From an uncultured delta proteobacterium (GTDB lineage Bacteria > Desulfobacterota > Binatia > UBA9968): 64,000 nt of DNA. Positions 61,004 to 64,000 of this stretch are shown one piece after another (positions within the stretch are counted from its first letter, which is position 1; each line of letters opens with the position of its first letter). The notes under the pieces were generated by a model. That model made no database searches. It saw only the letters and a program-made list of their open reading frames with translations, and had not been told where the DNA came from. Location of the stretch: assembly GCA_963804165.1 (NCBI GenBank), contig CAWDPO010000015.1, positions 64,001 to 128,000 of the forward strand. The letters are read 5' to 3'. Position numbers and translations under genes: made by a program.

Positions 61004-62266
61004 GTGATTCACTCTTTGCGCGGACGCTTGTCCGATCTCTACTACGGCTGGCGCATGATCGCAGTCGGCGCGACGCTGCGGATTTTGGGCGGCGGACTCT
61101 ACTTTTACGGCTTCTCGGTTTTCTTTCTTCCGTTAAGTCAGGATCTTAATCTCAGCCGCGCGTCGACATCTCTCGTGTTTTCTTTGGCGCGCGCTCAGGG
61201 CGCATTCGAAGGTCCCATTGCCGGTTATTTCATGGATCGTCACGGTCCGCGGCCTCTCATGATTATGGCGCTCGTGATGACCGGCGTCGGCCACATGCTG
61301 CTCTCGGGCGTCACCAGTTACGTCATGCTGCTCATCGTTTACATGGGCGTGGTGTCGCTTTCCTTTCATGCCGGCTTCATGGATGCGCCGATGTTAATCG
61401 CCAACACTTGGTTTATTCGCAAGCGAACCATGGCGATGGCATTGGTGAGTGGCTCGATCGGTATCGGTGGGTTTATTTTTACGCCGATATTGTCGGCGGC
61501 GGTTCACGCGTATGGTTGGCGCCAAACGGCTTTCGGTTGCGGCATCGCATTTATCGTCATCGGCATGCCGTTGGCCCTTCTGGTTCGCCGCTCGCCGGAA
61601 AGCATCGGCTTGCTTCCCGATGGCGACCAGATCAGCGGCGCCAACACGGCTCGTTCCGGAGGAGTACAAGCGAACGAAGAGGTGAATTTTACAGTCGCGC
61701 AGGCGCTGCGCACATCGTCATTTTGGTTCATCACCAGCGCGACCGCCATACGCGTCATTATTCTCAGCGCGATCAATGTGCACTATGTCGCGCTCATGGT
61801 CTGGAAAGGTGTCAGCGAGCAGCGCGCGGCGTTTTTCCTGGCCGCGCAGGCGTTCATGTCCGTAGCTGCACATCTCTTGTTCGGCTGGATTGGCGATCGA
61901 CTGAACAAGCCCCGGCTCATGGCGGCGTGTATGCTGCTTGCGATGATTTCCATGTTCGTCCTCGCGCGCGTGCATACGGAATACGCGATTTTGATTTTCA
62001 TCGCGCTATTCAGCGTGGTGGAGTCGACTTTTCCCGTCAACTGGTCGACCGTCGGAGAATATTTCGGGCGGAAAAATTTTGCCAAGATCCGCGGTTCGAT
62101 GGGATTCGTATCGACCTGGGGCAGCGTTATCGGCCCGGTTATTGCCGGCATGATTTACGACCGAACCCAGAGCTATGAAATCGTGATTTGGTCCTCGGCG
62201 GTTTTACTGCTGTTGGCAAGCGTGCTCTACGCGTCAGTCAAAAAGCCGTTACCGCCCGTCCATTGA
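61004..62266 (+). CDS. MFS transporter (OFA/MCT-like)
   Basis: YYGW start, G...DRHGPR motif A, ~12 TM segments, GWIGDR. Confidence 0.9.
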   Translation: MIHSLRGRLSDLYYGWRMIAVGATLRILGGGLYFYGFSVFFLPLSQDLNLSRASTSLVFSLARAQGAFEGPIAGYFMDRHGPRPLMIMALVMTGVGHMLLSGVTSYVMLLIVYMGVVSLSFHAGFMDAPMLIANTWFIRKRTMAMALVSGSIGIGGFIFTPILSAAVHAYGWRQTAFGCGIAFIVIGMPLALLVRRSPESIGLLPDGDQISGANTARSGGVQANEEVNFTVAQALRTSSFWFITSATAIRVIILSAINVHYVALMVWKGVSEQRAAFFLAAQAFMSVAAHLLFGWIGDRLNKPRLMAACMLLAMISMFVLARVHTEYAILIFIALFSVVESTFPVNWSTVGEYFGRKNFAKIRGSMGFVSTWGSVIGPVIAGMIYDRTQSYEIVIWSSAVLLLLASVLYASVKKPLPPVH

Positions 62267-62287
62267 CCGAGCGCTGTATTTTGGCTT

Positions 62288-63214
62288 TTACACTTTCCAC
62301 GAGTCACAATAGCGCACCGCGACAACTTGATCATAAGCGACTGCCCCCGAAAGATGTCCCACGGATAGCGCGAAGCGGTTCATTTTAATAATCGCATCTT
62401 CAGTGATTACAGGATTGTAGAACTCGGTGTCGCGGGCGACGACGTTCGAAATCAGTTCCGCCGCGTCTTGGGGAAATTTCCGCCTGCCGACTTCGCGTGC
62501 CAATGACGGATCCGCGCGCAGCGCTTTCTGCGCCTTGACGATCGCTCGCACTGCTGCGGCGACGGCTTCCGGTTCCTCAGCGATAAATCTATCGGTCGTC
62601 GCCATTCCGGCGAAAGTGAAGAAGCGCACTTCGTCGGGATCGTCGCCGCGGCGCACGTCAATCAGAATTTTGCCGACTCCGCGACTGACCGCAGTCTCTG
62701 CGCCCATGGCGTTGGCCCAGAATCCGTCTATCTTCCCTGCCTCCAATGCCCGCGCGGCGAACACGCCGAAAGAAACATTGCGCGACTTAGCGCCGGACAG
62801 TTCGACCATGTGCAAGTCGCGAGCGGGATCGATGCCTGCGCCGCTGAGCATTCTTTTGAGCGCCAGGTCCGGTCCTTGCGCCGCAGTCAGACGAAGACCG
62901 CGAAGCGCATTGAGATCTCCGCGCTTCGCCGGCAAATCGGCTCTCACCGTCACGAGCCACGGTGTTCCTTGCGACAGCGCCACGACGATCTTGACGCCCT
63001 GCCAATCCGGAAATTCCGTCAAGACATCGTGCACCGAGCCGGCGATCATCGCGTCGGCGTTGCCGTCACGCAGCGCCTTAGTCGCTCCTAACATTGCGGC
63101 CAGCTCGATGCGCGCGTCCAATCCTTCTGCTTTGAAGTAGCCCAACTCATCCGCGGCGAGAGCGGGGAAACACGTGTTGCTGACCAAATCGACGGCTGCG
63201 ATCCGAAATTGCAC
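62288..63214 (-). CDS. SsuA/NMT1-like ABC substrate-binding protein
   Basis: A.ELGYFKAEGLD motif; no obvious signal peptide from the called start. Confidence 0.8.
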   Translation of the reverse strand: MQFRIAAVDLVSNTCFPALAADELGYFKAEGLDARIELAAMLGATKALRDGNADAMIAGSVHDVLTEFPDWQGVKIVVALSQGTPWLVTVRADLPAKRGDLNALRGLRLTAAQGPDLALKRMLSGAGIDPARDLHMVELSGAKSRNVSFGVFAARALEAGKIDGFWANAMGAETAVSRGVGKILIDVRRGDDPDEVRFFTFAGMATTDRFIAEEPEAVAAAVRAIVKAQKALRADPSLAREVGRRKFPQDAAELISNVVARDTEFYNPVITEDAIIKMNRFALSVGHLSGAVAYDQVVAVRYCDSWKV

Positions 63215-63348
63215 GAAAACCTCACGATCGAAATTTAGAAAGCGACTATGCGTGATTCAAAGAGTTTGTTCAAACTCGATTGGGTCAAGCACTAGTTGGA
63301 ATGTCTTGTTCGTGCTATAGGCGAGATCATCAAAAAAGGAGTCGACCC

Positions 63349-64000
63349 ATGGCAACAACCAGCTCGGTGCAAATTGGCATTCTCTCGCCCGCAACCCCCA
63401 ATCGCCCGCACTTCAAGTCGCTCGATGGTATATTGCCGGCCGGCGTGTCAATCGCGCATGAAGGTCTCGGTTTGCTCGGCGAATCCTATCAAGATCTTGC
63501 CGGCAAGGAAGACGTGATCATCAGTCGCGCGCGCGACCTCGTCGAAAAACATAAAGTGTTTGGTCTGATGCTCACGGGCGGTTTCGTCACGCTATTCAAT
63601 CCCGGTATAGAAGCGAAGGTCGCCAACGCTATAGGTTTACCCGTCGTCAGCGCAATTTCATCGGCTGTCGCCGCTCTATCGGCGTTCGAAGCCAAATCCG
63701 TACTGCTCATGACTCCTTTCGATCGCGCGTCGAATGAAGGCATCAAAACCCATGTCGATAGACTCGGCTTCACGCTTTATCTCGGCCCCTCGTTCGACAA
63801 CCGTATACCCGGCACGTCTTTGAACCTGAGTCAGGATCAGCTTTTTGGTCTGGTCGAAGAAACATTCCGCAAAATTCCGGCACAAGCAATCTACTTTCAG
63901 GGCGCAACCATGGACCCGCTGCCGATCATTCAACGTATAGAGGATCGCCTTGGTGTGCCGGTCGTTACCAGTAACACTGCTATGATATGGAATCTGTTGT
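63349..64000 (+). CDS. Asp/Glu racemase superfamily (maleate isomerase/arylmalonate decarboxylase-like), runs off window
   Basis: Manual translation, absent from ORF track: IGILSP..., GLPVVS, LMTPF, IE.RLGVPVVTSNTAMIW; AAGGAG RBS. Confidence 0.8.
   Translation, partial: MATTSSVQIGILSPATPNRPHFKSLDGILPAGVSIAHEGLGLLGESYQDLAGKEDVIISRARDLVEKHKVFGLMLTGGFVTLFNPGIEAKVANAIGLPVVSAISSAVAALSAFEAKSVLLMTPFDRASNEGIKTHVDRLGFTLYLGPSFDNRIPGTSLNLSQDQLFGLVEETFRKIPAQAIYFQGATMDPLPIIQRIEDRLGVPVVTSNTAMIWNLL

Noticed and set aside
1939-63140. Numerous long antisense and alternate-frame ORFs in the track
   Set aside because: Expected shadows of real genes in high-GC DNA; no independent motifs
1-64000. CRISPR array or cas genes
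   Set aside because: No regularly spaced direct repeats and no Cas-like ORFs seen

Overview
64 kb of GC-rich bacterial chromosome. The gene content (many orphan ABC substrate-binding proteins and amidohydrolases, mutS-amiC-glnD-xerD-trpS-scpAB-rluB block) suggests a deltaproteobacteria-like lineage such as Binatia; this is inference. Layout: 1-8 kb patchwork of small genes and remnants. 8.5-20.3 kb catabolic cluster (amidohydrolases, three tandem SsuA/NMT1-like SBPs, TPP enzyme, heme-oxygenase-like diiron enzyme). 20.8-25.2 kb molybdopterin oxidoreductase with a fused FeS/NrfD partner. 25-31 kb recQ, a TA pair and sulfur-type dioxygenases. 31-44.6 kb housekeeping block. 45.3-50.0 kb small integrative element that duplicated the 5' half of tRNA-Arg(CCT); its integrase is split by an IS200-type element. 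50.1-54 kb operon ending in an SQR-family flavoprotein. 54.1 kb dif-like site, then more housekeeping and transport genes. Many genes between 8.5 and 23.3 kb are split by single-base indels, most likely long-read errors. Top finding: the SQR-like gene reads through an in-frame TGA at the position of its second redox cysteine, with a hairpin 11 nt downstream, making it a candidate selenocysteine enzyme missed by the ORF track. Also notable: the dif site, the 5'-tRNA-duplicating element, and a MITE nested inside a REP-like palindrome.
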